A stretch of 64,000 bases of DNA, from NCBI RefSeq assembly GCF_009914755.1, contig NC_060933.1. One strand, written 5' to 3'. The position numbers and the translations under genes are program-made. Positions 1-13,900 of this stretch are shown here, piece by piece. Origin of the DNA: the human T2T-CHM13v2.0 reference genome, Homo sapiens. Under the pieces are notes generated by a model that was not told where the DNA came from, did not search any database, and saw nothing but the letters and a program-made list of their open reading frames with translations. The stretch's first letter is position 1, and every line of letters starts with the position of its first letter.

Positions 1-245
1 GTTCCATTCCATTCTGTTCCGTATCATTCCATTCCATTCCATTCCATTCCATTCCATTCCATTCCATTCCACTCGTGTTGATTCCATTCCTTTCCATTCC
101 ATTCGGTTTGAAGGCATTCCATTCCATTCCATTCCATTCCTTTCCATTCCATTCCATTGTACTCGGGTTGATTCCATTCCATTGCATTCCATTCCATGCC
201 ATTCCATTCCATTCCATTCCATTCCATTCCGTTCCATTCCATTCC

Positions 246-314
246 ATTACATTCGGGTTGATTCTATTCAACTCCCTTACTCTCCATTACATTCCATTCC
301 ATTCGGGTTGTTCC
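246..314 (+). repeat. Recurrent module B (TTGATTCTATTCAACTCCCTTACTCTCC...CGGGTTGTTCC), representative copy
   Basis: The same string recurs at about 1780, 3215, 5740, 8090, 9960, 11145 and on through 63190. It ends in GGGTTGTTCC, which shifts the pentamer register by -1. Confidence 0.9.
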
Positions 315-754
315 ATTCCATTCCATTCCATTCCACTCCATTCCATTGCACTCGGGTTGATTCCATTCCATTCCATTCCATTCCATTCCATTCCGGATGA
401 TTCCATTCCATTGCATTCCGTTCCATTCCATTCCCCTGCACTCGCGTTGATTCCATTCCATTCCATTCCATTCCATTCAATTCCATTCCATTACAATTCG
501 TTCCATTCCATTCTATTCCGTACCATTCCATTCCATTCCATAACATTCCATTCCATTCCATTCCATTCCATTCCATTCCATTCCGTTCCATTCCGTTCCA
601 TTCCTTTCCATTCCATTCTATTCGGGTTAATTCCATTCCATTCCATTCCATTCCATTCCATTCCATTCCATTCCATTCCATTCCATTCTATTCCATTCCA
701 TTGAAATCGAGTTGAATCAATTGCATTTCATTCCATTCCATTCCATTCCATTCC

Positions 755-769
755 ATTCCGGAAGATTCC
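755..769. promoter_or_regulatory. Perfect three-unit heat-shock element (aTTCc gGAAg aTTCc), first of about 42 copies
   Basis: ATTCCGGAAGATTCC matches the canonical HSF1 consensus nTTCnnGAAnnTTCn exactly. HSF1 binding to 9q12 SatIII in nuclear stress bodies is established. Occupancy of this particular site is not shown. Confidence 0.65.
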
Positions 770-1545
770 ATTCCATTGCATTCCATTCCATTCCATTCCC
801 CTGCACTCGCGTTGATTCCATTCCATTCCATTCCATTCCATTCCATCCATTCCATTCCGTTTCGTTCCATTCCATTCCATTCCATTCCATTCCGTTCCGT
901 TCCATTCCATTCCATTCCATTCTATGCGGGTTAATTCCATTCCATTCCATTCGATTGCAATCGAGTTGATTCCATTCCATTCCACTCCATTCCATTCCAT
1001 TCCATTCCATTCCTTTCCATTCCATTACGGATGATTCCATTCCATTGCATTCCATTCCATACCATTCCCCTGTACTCGGGTTGATTCCATTCCATTCCAT
1101 TCCAATCCATGCCATTCCACTCGTGTTGATTCCATTCTTTCCATTCCATTCAAGTTGAATCCATTCCATTGCATTCCATTCCATTCCATTCCCCTGCAGT
1201 CGGGTTGTTTCCATTCCATTCCATTCCATTCCATTCCGTTCCGTTCCATTCCATTCCATTCCATTACATTCTATTCGGGTTAATTCCATTCCATTCCATT
1301 CCATTCCATTCCATTCCATTCCTTTCCATTCCAATCGAGTTGATTCCATTCCATTCCATTCCATTCCATTCCATTCCACTCCATTCCAGTCCTTTCCATT
1401 CCATTCCACTCGGGTTGATTCCAATGTATTCCATTCCATTCCATTCCATTCCATTCCATTCCATTCCATTACAATCGAGTTGATTCCATTCCATTCCATT
1501 CCATTCCAGTCCTTTCCATTCCATTCCTCTCGGGTTGATTCCATT

Positions 1546-1650
1546 CTATTAGTTTCCATTCCATTCCATTCCCTTCCATTCCACTCTGGTTGATTCCATT
1601 CCTTTCCATTCCACTCGAATACATTCCCTCCTATTCCACTCGGAACGATT
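1546..1650 (+). repeat. Recurrent module C (CTATTAGTTTCC...ACTCTGGTTG...ACTCGAATACATTCCCTCCTATTCCACTCGGAACG), representative copy
   Basis: 16 copies or close variants by eye, near 1617, 2976, 6046, 6995, 8748, 11777, 15259, 20677, 24739, 27883, 33062, 35592, 46226, 48623, 54966 and 58608. Spacing is irregular (0.9-10.6 kb). Confidence 0.9.
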
Positions 1651-4600
1651 CCATTCCATTCCATTCCATTCCATTCCATTCCATTCCATTCCATTCCATT
1701 GTACTCGGGTTGATTCAATTCCATTGCATTCCATTCCATTCCATTCCATTCCATTCCATTCCGTTGCATTCCATTCCATTACATTCGGATTGATTCTATT
1801 CAACTACCTTACTCTCCATTACATTCCATTCCATTCGGGTTGTTCCATTCCATTCCATTCCATTCCACTCCATTCCATTGCACTCGGGTTGATTCCATTC
1901 CATTCCATTCCATTCCATTCCATTCCATTCCATTCCGGATGATTCCATTCCATTGCATTCCGTTCCATTACATTCCCCTGCACTCGCGTTGATTCCATTC
2001 CATTCCATTCAATTCCATTCCATTACAATTCGTTCCATTCCATTCTATTCCGTACCATTCCATTCCATTCCATACCATTCCATTCCATTCCATTCCATTC
2101 CATTCCGTTCCATTCCGTTCCATTCCATTCCATTCCATTCTCTTCGAATTAATTCCATTCCATTCCATTCCATTCCATTCTATTCCATTCCATTGCAATC
2201 GAGTTGAATCCATTGCATTTCATTCCATTCCATTCCATTCCATTCCATTCCGGAAGATTCCATTCCATTGCATTCCATTCCATTCCATTCCCCTGCACTC
2301 GCGTTGATTCCATTCCATTCCATTCCATTCCATTCCATTCCATTCCATTCCATTCCGTTCCGTTCCATTCCATTCCATTCCATTCCATTCCGTTCCGTTC
2401 CATTCCATTCCATTCCATTCTATTCCGGTTAATTCCATTCCATTCCATTCGATTGCAGTCGAGTTGATTCCATTCCATTCCATTCCATTCCATTCCATTC
2501 CATTCCATTCCAATCGAGTTGATTCCATTCCATTCCATTCCATTCCATTCCATTCGACTCCATTCCAGTCCTTTCCATTCCATTCCACTCGGGTTGATTC
2601 CAATTTATTCCTTTCCATTCCAGTCCATTCCATTGCAATCGAGTTGATTCCATTGCTTTGCATTCCATTCCATTCCATTCCATTCCGGATTATTCCTTTC
2701 CATTGCATTGCATTCCATTCCATTCCCCTGCACTCGGGTTGATTCCATTCCATTCCACTCCATTCCGTTCCATTCCATTCCATTCCATTGTATTCGGGTT
2801 AATTCCATTCCATTCCATTCCATTCCATTACAATCGAGTTGATTCCATTCCATTCCATTCCATTCCAGTCCTTTCCATTCCATTCCACTCGGGTTGATTC
2901 CATTCTATTAGTTTCCATTCCATTCCATTCCCTTCCATTCCACTCTGGTTGATACCATTCCTTTCCATTCCACTCGAATACATTCCCTCCTATTCCACTC
3001 GGAACGATTCCATTCCATTCCATTCCATTCCATTCCATTCCATTCCATTTCGTTCCATTCCATTCTATTCCGTATCATTCCATTCCATTCCATTCGATTC
3101 CATTCCATTCCATTCCATTCCATTCCATTCCATTGTACTCAGGTTGATTCAATTCCATTGCATTCCATTCCATTCCATTCCATTCCATTCCATTCCGTTG
3201 CATTCCATTCCATTACATTCGGATTGATTCTATTCACCTCCCTTACTCTCCATTACATTCCATTCCATTCGGGTTGTTCCATTCCATTCCATTCCATTCC
3301 ACTCCATTCCATTGCACTCGGGTTGATTCCATTGCATTCCATTCCATTCCATTCCATTCCATTCCATTCCGGATGATTCCATTCCATTGCATTCCGTTCC
3401 ATTACATTCCCCTGCACTCGCGTTGATTCCATTCCATTCCATTCAATTCCATTCCATTACAATTCGTTCCATTCCATTCTATTCCGTACCATTCCATTCC
3501 ATTCCATAGCATTCCATTCCATTCCATTCCATTCCATTCCGTTCCATTCCGTTCCATTCCATTCCATTCCATTCTATTCGGATTAATTCCGTTCCAATCC
3601 ATTCCATTCCATTCTATTCCATTCCATTGCAATCGAGTTGAATCCATTGCATTTCATTCCATTCCATTCCATTCCATTCCATTCCGGAATATTCCATTCC
3701 ATTGCATTCCATTCCATTCCATTCCCCTGCACTCACGTTGATTCCATTCCATTCCATTCCATTCCATTCCATTCCATTCCGTTAAGTTCCGTTCCTTTCC
3801 ATTCCATTCCATTCCATTCCATTCCGTTCCGTTCCATTCCATTCCATTCCATTCTATTCGGGTTAATTCCATTCCATTCCATTCGATTGCAATCGAGTTG
3901 ATTCCATTCCATTCTATTCCATTCCATTCCATTCCATTCCCTTCCTTTCCATTCCATTACGGATGATTCCATTCCATTGCATTCCATTCCATTCCATTCC
4001 CCTGTACTCGGGTTGATTCCATTCCATTCTATTCCAATCCATGCCATTACACTCGTGTTGATTCCATTCTTTCCATTCCATTCAGGTGAATCCATTCCAT
4101 TGCATTCCATTCCATTCCATTCCCCTGCAGTCGGGTTGATTCCATTCCATTCCATTCCATTCTATTCCATTCCATTCCATTCCATTCCATTCCATTCCAT
4201 TCCATTCCATTCTATTCCATTCCATTGCAATCGAGTTGAATCCATTGCATTCCATTCCATTCCATTCCATTCCATTCCATTCCATTCCATTCAATTCCGG
4301 AAGATTCCATTCCATTGCATTACATTCCATTCCATTCCATTCCATTCCATTCCATTCCATTCCATTGTACTCGGGTTGATTCCATTCCATTGCATTCCAT
4401 TCCATTCCATTCCATTCCATTCCATTCCATTCCATTCCATTCCATTTCGTTCCATTCCATTCTATTCCGTATCATTCCATTCCATTCCATTCGATTCCAT
4501 TCCATTCCATTCCATTCCATTCCATTCCATTGTACTCGGGTTGATTCAATTCCATTGCATTCCATTCCATTCCATTCCATTCCATTCCATTCCATTCCAT

Positions 4601-5563
4601 TCCGTTGCATTCCATTCCATTACATTCGGATTGATTCTATTCAACTCCCTTACTCTCCCTTACATTCCACTGCACTCGGGTTGATTCCATTCCATTCCAT
4701 TCCATTCCTTTCCATTCCATTCCGGATGATTCCATTCCATTGCATTCCGTTCCATTACATTCCCCTGCACTCGCGTTGATTCCATTCCATTCCATTCCAT
4801 TCCATTCAATTCCATTCCATTACAATTCGTTCCATTCTATTCTATTCCGTACCATTCCATTCCATTCCATGCCATTCCATTCCATTCCATTCCATTCCAT
4901 TCCGTTCCATTTCGTTCCATTCCATTCCATTCCATTCTATTCGGATTAATTCCATTCCATTAAATTCCATTCTATTCCATTCCATTGCAATCGAGTTGAA
5001 TCCATTGCATTCCATTCCATTCCATTCCATTCCATTCCATTCCGGAAGTTTCCATTCCATTGCATTCAATTCCATTCCATTCCCCTGCACTCCCGTTAAT
5101 TCCATTCCATTCCATTCCATTCCGTTCCGTTCCATTCCATTCTATTCCATTCCGTTCCGTTCCATTCCATTCCATTCCATTCTATTCGGGTTAATTCCAT
5201 TCCATTCCATTCGATTGCAATCGAGTTGATTCCATTCCATTCCATTCCATTCCATTCCATTCCATTCCATTCCATTCCTTTCCATTCCATTACGGATGAT
5301 TCCATTCCATTGCATTCCATTCCATTCCATTCCCCTGTACTCGGGTTGATTCCATTCCATTCCATTCCCATCCATGCCATTCCACTCGTGTTGATTCCAT
5401 TCTTTCCATTCCATTCAAGTTGAATCCATTCCATTGCATTCCATTCAATTTGATTCCATTCGTTTGCACTCAGGTTGATTCCATTCCATTGCATTCCATT
5501 CCATTCCATTCCATTCCATTCCATTCCATTCCATTCCATTCCATTCCGTTCCATTCCATTCCA

Positions 5564-5660
5564 TTACATTCGGATTGATTCTATTCAATTCCCTTACACT
5601 GCATTACATTCCATTCCATTCGGGTAGTTTCCATTCCATTCCATTCCATTCCCCTCCATT
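5564..5660 (+). repeat. Recurrent module B' (TTCAATTCCCTTACACTCC...CGGGTAGTTTCC), paralogue of module B, representative copy
   Basis: Seen at about 5565, 7915, 10970, 14455, 17590, 18410, 19280, 22705, 25165, 30330, 35020, 37795, 40380, 53270, 57150, 59815 and 61850. It is usually followed about 170-185 bp later by module B. Confidence 0.9.
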
Positions 5661-8600
5661 CCATTGCACTCGGGTTGATTCCATTCCATTGCATTCCATT
5701 CCATTCCATTCAATTCCATTCCGTTCCATTCAATTCCATTACATTCGGATTGATTCTATTCAACTCCCTTACTCTCCATTCCATTCCATTCCATTCGGGT
5801 TGTTCCATTCCATTCCATTCCATTCCACTCCATTCCATTGCACTCGGGTTGATTCCATTCCATTCCATTCCATTCCATTCCATTCCATTCCATTCCATTA
5901 CAATCGAGTTGATTCCATTCCATTCCATTCCATTCCAGTCCTTTCCATTCCATTCCACTCGGGTTGATTCCATTCTATTAGTTTCCATTTCATTCCATTC
6001 CCTTCCATTCCACTCTGGTTGATTCCATTCCTTTCCATTCCACTCGAATACATTCCCTACTATTCCACTTGGAACGATTCCATTCCATTCCATTACATTC
6101 CATTCCATTCCATTCCATTCCATTTCGTTCCATTCCATTTTATTCCGTATGATTCCATTCCATTCCATTCCATTCCATTCCATTCCATTCCATTCCATTG
6201 TACTCGGGTTGATTCCATTCCATTGCATTCCATTCCATTCCATTCCATTCCATTCCATTCCATTCCATTGCGTTCCATTCCATTCCATTACATTCGGATT
6301 GATTCTTTTCAACTCCCTTACTCTCCATTACATTCCATTCCATTCGGGTTGTTCCATTCCATTCCTTTCCATTGCACTTCATTCCATTGCACTCTGGTTG
6401 ATTCCATTCCATTCCATTCCATTCCATTCCGGATGATTCCATTCCATTGCATTCCGTTCCACTACGTTCCCCTGCACTCGGGTTGATTCCATTCCATTCC
6501 TTTCCATTCCATTCGATTCCATTCCATTCCTTTCCGTTCCATTCCATTCCATTCCATTCCATTCCATTCCGTTCCGTTCCATTCCATTCCATTCCATTCT
6601 ATTCGGGTTAATTCCATTCCATTCCATTCGATTGCAATCGAGTTGATTCCATTCCATTCCATTCCATTCCATTCCATTCCATTCCAGTCCTTTCCATTCC
6701 TTTCCATTCCATTACTGATGATTCCATTCCATTGCATTCCATTCCATTCCATTCCCCTGTACTCGGGTTGATTCCATTCCATTCCATTCCAATCCATGCC
6801 ATTCCACTCGTGTTGATTCCATTCTTTCCTTTCCATTCAAGTTGAATCCATTCCATTGCATTCCATTCCATTTGATTCCATTCAATTGCACTCGGGTTGA
6901 TTCCATTCCATTGCATTCCATTCCATTCCATTGCATTCCATTCCATTCCCTTCCATTCCACTCTGGTTGATTCCATTCCTTTCCATTCCACTCGAATACT
7001 TTCCCTCCTATTCCACTCAGAACGATTCCATTCCATTCCATTCCATTCCATTCCATTCCATTCCATTCTATTCCATTCCATTGTACTCGTGTTGATTCCA
7101 TTCCATTGCATTCCATTCCATTCCATTCCATTCCATTCCATTCCATTCCGTTGCATTCCATTCCATTACATTCGGATTGATTCTATTCAACTCCCTTACT
7201 CTCCATTACATTGCATTCCATTGGGGTTGTTCCATTCCATTCCATTCCATTCCACTCCATTCCATTGCACTCGCGTTGATTCCATTCCATTCCATTCCAT
7301 TCCATTCCATTCCATTCCGGATGATTCCATTCCATTGCATTCCGTTCCATTACATTCCCCTGCACTCGCGTTGATTCCATTCCATTCCATTCCATTACAT
7401 TCAATTCCATTCCATTACAATTGGTTCCATTCCATTCTATTCCGTACCATTCCATTCCATTCCATACCATTCCATTCCATTCCATTCCATTCCATTCCGT
7501 TCCATTCCGTTCCATTCCATTCCATTCCATTCTATTCGGATTAATTCCATTCCATTGCATTCCATTCCATTCTATTCCATTCCATTGAAATCGAGTTGAA
7601 TCCATTGCATTTCATTCCATTCCATTCCATTCCGGAAGATTCCATTCCATTGCATTCCATTCCATTCCATTCCCCTGCACTCGCGTTGATTCCATTCCAT
7701 TCCATTCCATTCCATTCCGTTCCATTCCATTCCATTCCATTCCATTCCATTCCGTTCCGTTCCATTCCATTCCATTCCATTCTATTCGGGTTAATTCAAT
7801 TCGATTCCATTCGATTGCACTCGGGTTGATTCCATTCCATTGCATTCCATTCCATTCCATTCCATTCCATTCCATTCCATTCCATTCCATTCCATTCCGT
7901 TCCATTCCATTCCTTTACATTCGGATTGATTCTATTCAATTCCCTTACACTCCATTACATTCCATTCCATTCGGGTAGTTTTCATTCCATTCCATTCCAT
8001 TCCTCTCCATTGCATTGCAATCGGGTTGATTCCATTCCATTGCATTCCATTCCATTCCATTCAATTCCATTCCGTTCCATTCCATTCCATTACATTCGGA
8101 TTGATTCTATTCAACTCCCTTACTCTCCATTACATTCCATTCCATTCGGGTTGTTCCATTCCATTCCATTCCATTCCACTCCATTCCATTGCACTCGGGT
8201 TGATTCCATTCCATTCCATTCCATTCCATTCCATTCCGGAAGATTCCATTCCATTGCATTCCATTCCATTCCATTCCATTGCACTCGCGTTGATTCCATT
8301 CCATTCCATTCCATTCCATTCCATTCCATTCCATTCCATTCCTTTCCGTTCCATTCCATTCCATTCCATTCCAATCCATTCCATTCCGTTCTGTTCCGTT
8401 CCATTCCATTCCATTCCATTCTATTCGGGTTAATTCCATTCGATTCCATTCGATTGCAATCGAGTTGATTCCATTCCATTCTATTCCATTCCATTCCATT
8501 CCATTCCATTCCTTTCCATTCCATTCCATTACGGATGATTCCATTCCATTGCATTCCATTCCATTCCATTCCATTCCATTCCATTCCATTCCATTCCATT

Positions 8601-10959
8601 ACAATCGAGTTGATTCCATTCCATTCCATTCCATTCCACTCCTTTCCATTCCATTCCACTCGGGTTGATTCCATTCTATTAGTTTCCATTCCATTCCATT
8701 CCCTTCCATTCCACTCTGGTTGATACCATTCCTTTCCATTCCACTCGTATACATTCCCTCCTATTCCACTCGGAACGATTCCATTCCATTCCATTCCATT
8801 CCATTCCATTCCATTCCATTCCATTCCATTCCATTTCGTTCCATTCCATTCTATTCCGTATCATTCCATTCCATTCCATTCGATTCCATTCCATTCCATT
8901 CCATTCCATTGTACTCGGGTTGATTCAATTCCATTGCATTCCATTCGATTCCATTCCATTCCATTCCATTCCATTCCGTTGCATTCCATTCCATTACATT
9001 CGGATTGATTCTATTCAACTCCCTTACTCTCCGTTACATTCCATTGCACTCGGGTTGATTCCATTCCATTCCATTACTTTCCATTCCATTCCATTCCATT
9101 CCGGATGATTCCATTCCATTGCATTCCGTTCCATTACATTCCCTTGCACTCGCGTTGATTCCATTCCATTCCATTCCATTCCATTCAATTCCATTCCATT
9201 ACAATTCGTTCCATTCCATTCTATTCCGTACCATTCCATTCCATTCCATACCATTCCATTCCATTCCATTCCATTCCATTCCGTTCCATTCTGTTCCATT
9301 CCATTCCATTCCATTCTATTCGGATTAATTCCATTCCATTCCATTCCATTCCATTCTATTCCATTCCATTGCAATCGAGTTGAATCCATTGCATTTCGTT
9401 CCATTCCATTTCATTCCATTCCATTCCGGAAGATTCCATTCTATTACATTCCATTCCATTCCATTCCCCTACAGTCGCGTTGATTCCATTCCATTCCATT
9501 CCATTCCATTCCATTCCATTCCTTTCCGTTCCATTCCATTCCATTCCATTCCATTTCATTCCGTTCCGTTCCATTCTATTCCATTCCATTCCATTCTATT
9601 CGGGTTAATTCCATTCCATTCCATTCGATTGTAATCGAGTTGATTCCATTCCATTCCATTCCATTCCATTCCATTCCATTCCATTCCATTCCTTTCCATT
9701 CCATTACGGATGATTCCATTCCATTGTATTCCATTCCATTCCATTCCCCTGTACTCGGGTTGATTCCATTCCATTCCATTCCAATCCATGCCATTCCACT
9801 CGTGTTGATTCCATTCTTTCCATTCCATTCAAGTTGAATCCATTCCATTGCATTCCATTCCATTCGATTCCATTCGATTGCACTCGGGTTGATTCAATTC
9901 CATTGCATTCCATTCCATTCCATTCCATTCCATTCCATTCCGTTGCATTCCATTCCATTACATTCGGATTGATTCTATTCAACTCCCTTACTCTCCATTA
10001 CATTCCATTCCATTCGGGTTGTTCCATTCCATTCCATTCCATTCCACTCCATTCCATTGCACTCGGGTTGATTCCATTCCATTCCATTCCATTCCATTCC
10101 ATTCCGGATGATTCCATTCCATTACATTCCGTTCCATTACATTCCCTTGCACTCGCGTTGATTCCATTCGATTCCATTCCATTCCATTCAATTCCATTCC
10201 ATTACAATTCGTTCCATTCCATTCTATTCCGTACCATTCCATTCCATTCCATACCATTCCATTCCATTCCATTCCATTCCATTCCATTCCATTCGGTTCC
10301 ATTCCATTCCATTCCATTCTATTCGGGTTAATTCCATTCCATTCCATTCCATTCCATTCCATTCTATTCCATTCCATTGCAATCGAGTTGAATCCATTGC
10401 ATTTCATTCCATTCCATTCCATTCCATTCCATTCCGGAAGATTCCATTCCATTGCATTCCATTCCATTCCATTCCCCTGCACTCGCGTTGATTCCATTCC
10501 ATTCCATTCCATTCCATTCCATCCATTCCATTCCGTTCTGTTCCATTCCATTCCATTCAATTCCATTCCGTTCCGTTCCATTCCATTCCACTCCATTCTA
10601 TTCGGGTTAATTCCATTCCATTCCATTCGATTGCAATCGAGTTGATTCCATTCCATTCCATTCCATTCCATTCCATTCCATTCCTTTCCATTCCATTACG
10701 GATGATTCCATTCCATTGCATTCCACTCCACTCCATTCCCCTGTACTCGGGTTGATTCCATTCCATTCCATTCCAATCCACGCCATTCCACTCGTGTTGA
10801 TTCCATTCTTTCCATTCCATTCAAGTTGAATCCATTCCATTGCATTCTATTCCATTCGATTCCATTCGATTGCACTTGGGTTGATTCCATTCCATTGCAT
10901 TCCATTCCATTCCATTCCATTCCATTCCATTCCATTCCATTCCATTCCATTCCGTTCCA

Positions 10960-13900
10960 TTCCATTCCATTACATTCGGATTGATTCTATTCAATTCCCT
11001 TACGCTCCATTACATTCCATTCCATTCGGGTAGTTTCCATTCCATTCCATTCCATTCCTCTCCATTCCATTGCACTCGGGTTGATTCCATTCCATTGCAT
11101 TCCATTCCATTCCATTCCATTCCATTCCATTCCATTCCATTCCATTACATTCGGATTGATTCTATTCAACTCCCTTACTCTCCATTACATTCCATTGCAT
11201 TCGGGTTGTTCCATTCCATTCCATTCCATTCCACTCCATTCCATTGCACTCGGGTTGATTCCATTCCATTCCATTCCATTCCATTCCATTCCATTCCATT
11301 CCAATCGAGTTGATTCCATTCCATTCCATTCCATTCCATTCCACTCCATTCCAGTCCTTTCCATTCCATTCCACTCGGGTTGATTCCAATGTATTCCTTT
11401 CAATTCCATTACATTCCATTGCAATCGAGTTGATTCCATTGCTTTGCATTCCATTCCATTCCTTTCCATTCCGGATGATTCCATTCCATTGCATTCCATT
11501 CCATTCCATTCCCCTGCACTCGGGTTGATTCCATTCCATTCCACTCCATGCCGTTCCATTCCATTCCATTCCATTGTATTCCGGTTAATTCCATTCCATT
11601 CCATTCCATTCCATTCCATTCCATTCCATTACAATCGAGTTGATTCCATTCCATTCCATTCCATTCCAGTCCTTTCCATTCCATTCCACTCGGGTTGATT
11701 CCATTCTATTAGTTTCCATTCCATTCCATTCCCTTCCATTCCACTCTTGTTGATACCATTCCTTTCCATTCCACTCGAATACATTCCCTCCTATTCCACT
11801 CGGAACGATTCCATTCCATTCCATTCCATTTCGTTCCATTCCATTCTATTCCGTATCATTCCATTCCATTCCATTCCAATTCCATTCCATTCCATTCCAT
11901 TCCATTCCATTCCATTCCATTCCATTGTACTCAGGTTGATTCAATTCCGTTGCATTCCATTCCATTACATTCGGATTGATTCTATTCAACTCCCTTACTC
12001 TCCATTACATTCCATTCCATTCGGGTTGTTCCATTCCATTCCATTCCATTCCACTCCATTCCATTGCACTCGGGTTGATTCCATTCCATTCCATTCCATT
12101 CCATTCCATTCCATTCCATTCCGGATGATTCCATTCCATTGCATGCCGTTCCATTACATTCCCCTGCACTCGCGTTGATTCCATTCCATTCCATTCAATT
12201 CCATTCCATTACAATTCGTTCCATTCCATTCTATTCCGTACCATTCCATTGCATTGCATACCATTCCATTCCATTCCATTCCATTCCATTCCGTTCCATT
12301 CCATTCCATTCCATTCCATTCTATTCGGATTAATTCCATTCCATTCCATTCCTTTCCATTCTATTCCATTCCATTGCAATCGAGTTGAAACCATTGCATT
12401 TCATTCCATTCCATTCCATTCCATTCCTTTCCGGAAGATTCCATTCCATTGCATTCCATTCCATTCCATTCCCCTGCACTCGCGTTGATTCCATTCTATT
12501 CCATTCCATTCCATTCCATTCCATTCCGTTCCGTTCCATTCCATTCCATTCCATTCTATTCGGGTTAATTCCATTCGATTCCATTCGATTGCAATCGAGT
12601 TGATTCCATTCCATTCTATTCCATTCCATTCCATTCCATTCCATTCCTTTCCATTCCATTACGGATGATTCCATTCCATTGCATTCCATTCCATTCCATT
12701 CCCCTGTACTCGGGTTGATTCCATTCCATTCTATTCCAATCCATGCCATTCCACTCGTGTTGATTCCATTCTTTCCATTCCATTCAAGTTGAATCCATTC
12801 CATTGCATTCCATTCCATTCCATTCCCCTGCAGTCGGGTTGATTCCATTCCATTCCATTCCATTCCATTCTATTCCATTCCATTCCGTTCCGTTCCGTTC
12901 CATTCCATTCCATTCCATTCTATTCGGGTTAATTCCATTCCATTCCATTCCATTCCATTCCAATCGAGTTGATTCCATTCCATTCCATTCCATTCCATTC
13001 CATTCCATTCCATTCCATTCCAATCGAGTTGATTCCATTCCATTCCATTCCATTCCATTCCACTCCATTCCAGTCATTTCCATTCCATTCCACTCGGGTT
13101 GATTCCAATGTATTCCTTTCCAGTCCATTCCATTCCATTGCAATCGAGTTGATTCCATTGCTTTGCATTCCATTCCATTCCATTCCATTCCGGATGATTC
13201 CATTCCATTGCATTCCATTCCATTCCATTCCCCTGCACTCGGGTTGATTCCATTCCATTCCACTCCATTCCGTTCCATTCCATTCCATTCCATTGTATTT
13301 GGGTTAATTCCATTCCATTCCATTCCATTCCATTCCATTCCATTCCATTCCATTCCATTACAATCGAGTTGATTCCATTTCATTCCATTCCATTCCATTC
13401 CATTCCAGTCCTTTCCATTCCATTCCACTCGGGTTGATTCCAATGTATTCCTTTCAATTCCATTCCATTCCATTGCAATCGAGTTGATTCCATTGCTTTG
13501 CATTCCATTCCATTCCATTCCATTCCGGATGATTCCATTCCATTGCATTCCATTCCATTCCATTCCCCTGCACTCGGGTTGATTCCATTCCATTCCACTC
13601 CATTCCGTTCCATTCCATTCCATTCCATTGTATTCGGGTTAATTCCATTCCATTCCATTCCATTCCATTCCATTACATTCCTCTGCACTCGCGTTGATTC
13701 CATTCCATTCCATTCCATTCCATTCCATTCAATTCCATTCCATTACAATTCGTTCCATTCCATTCTATTCCGTACCATTCCATTCCATTCCATACCATTC
13801 CATTCCATTCCATTCCGTTCCATTCCGTTCCATTCCATTCCATTCCATTCTATTCGGATTAATTCCATTCCATTCCATTCCGTTCCATTCTATTCCATTC

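Noticed and set aside
1636-1652. ACTCGGAACGATTCC in module C as an HSE
   Set aside because: GAA and TTC are 3 bp apart rather than 2, so it does not fit the nGAAnnTTCn geometry.
246-5060. Apparent ~1.4-1.5-kb higher-order period at the start (HSEs at 755, 2247, 3681, 5039)
   Set aside because: Spacings differ (1492, 1434, 1358), the units contain different module subsets, and the period does not persist.
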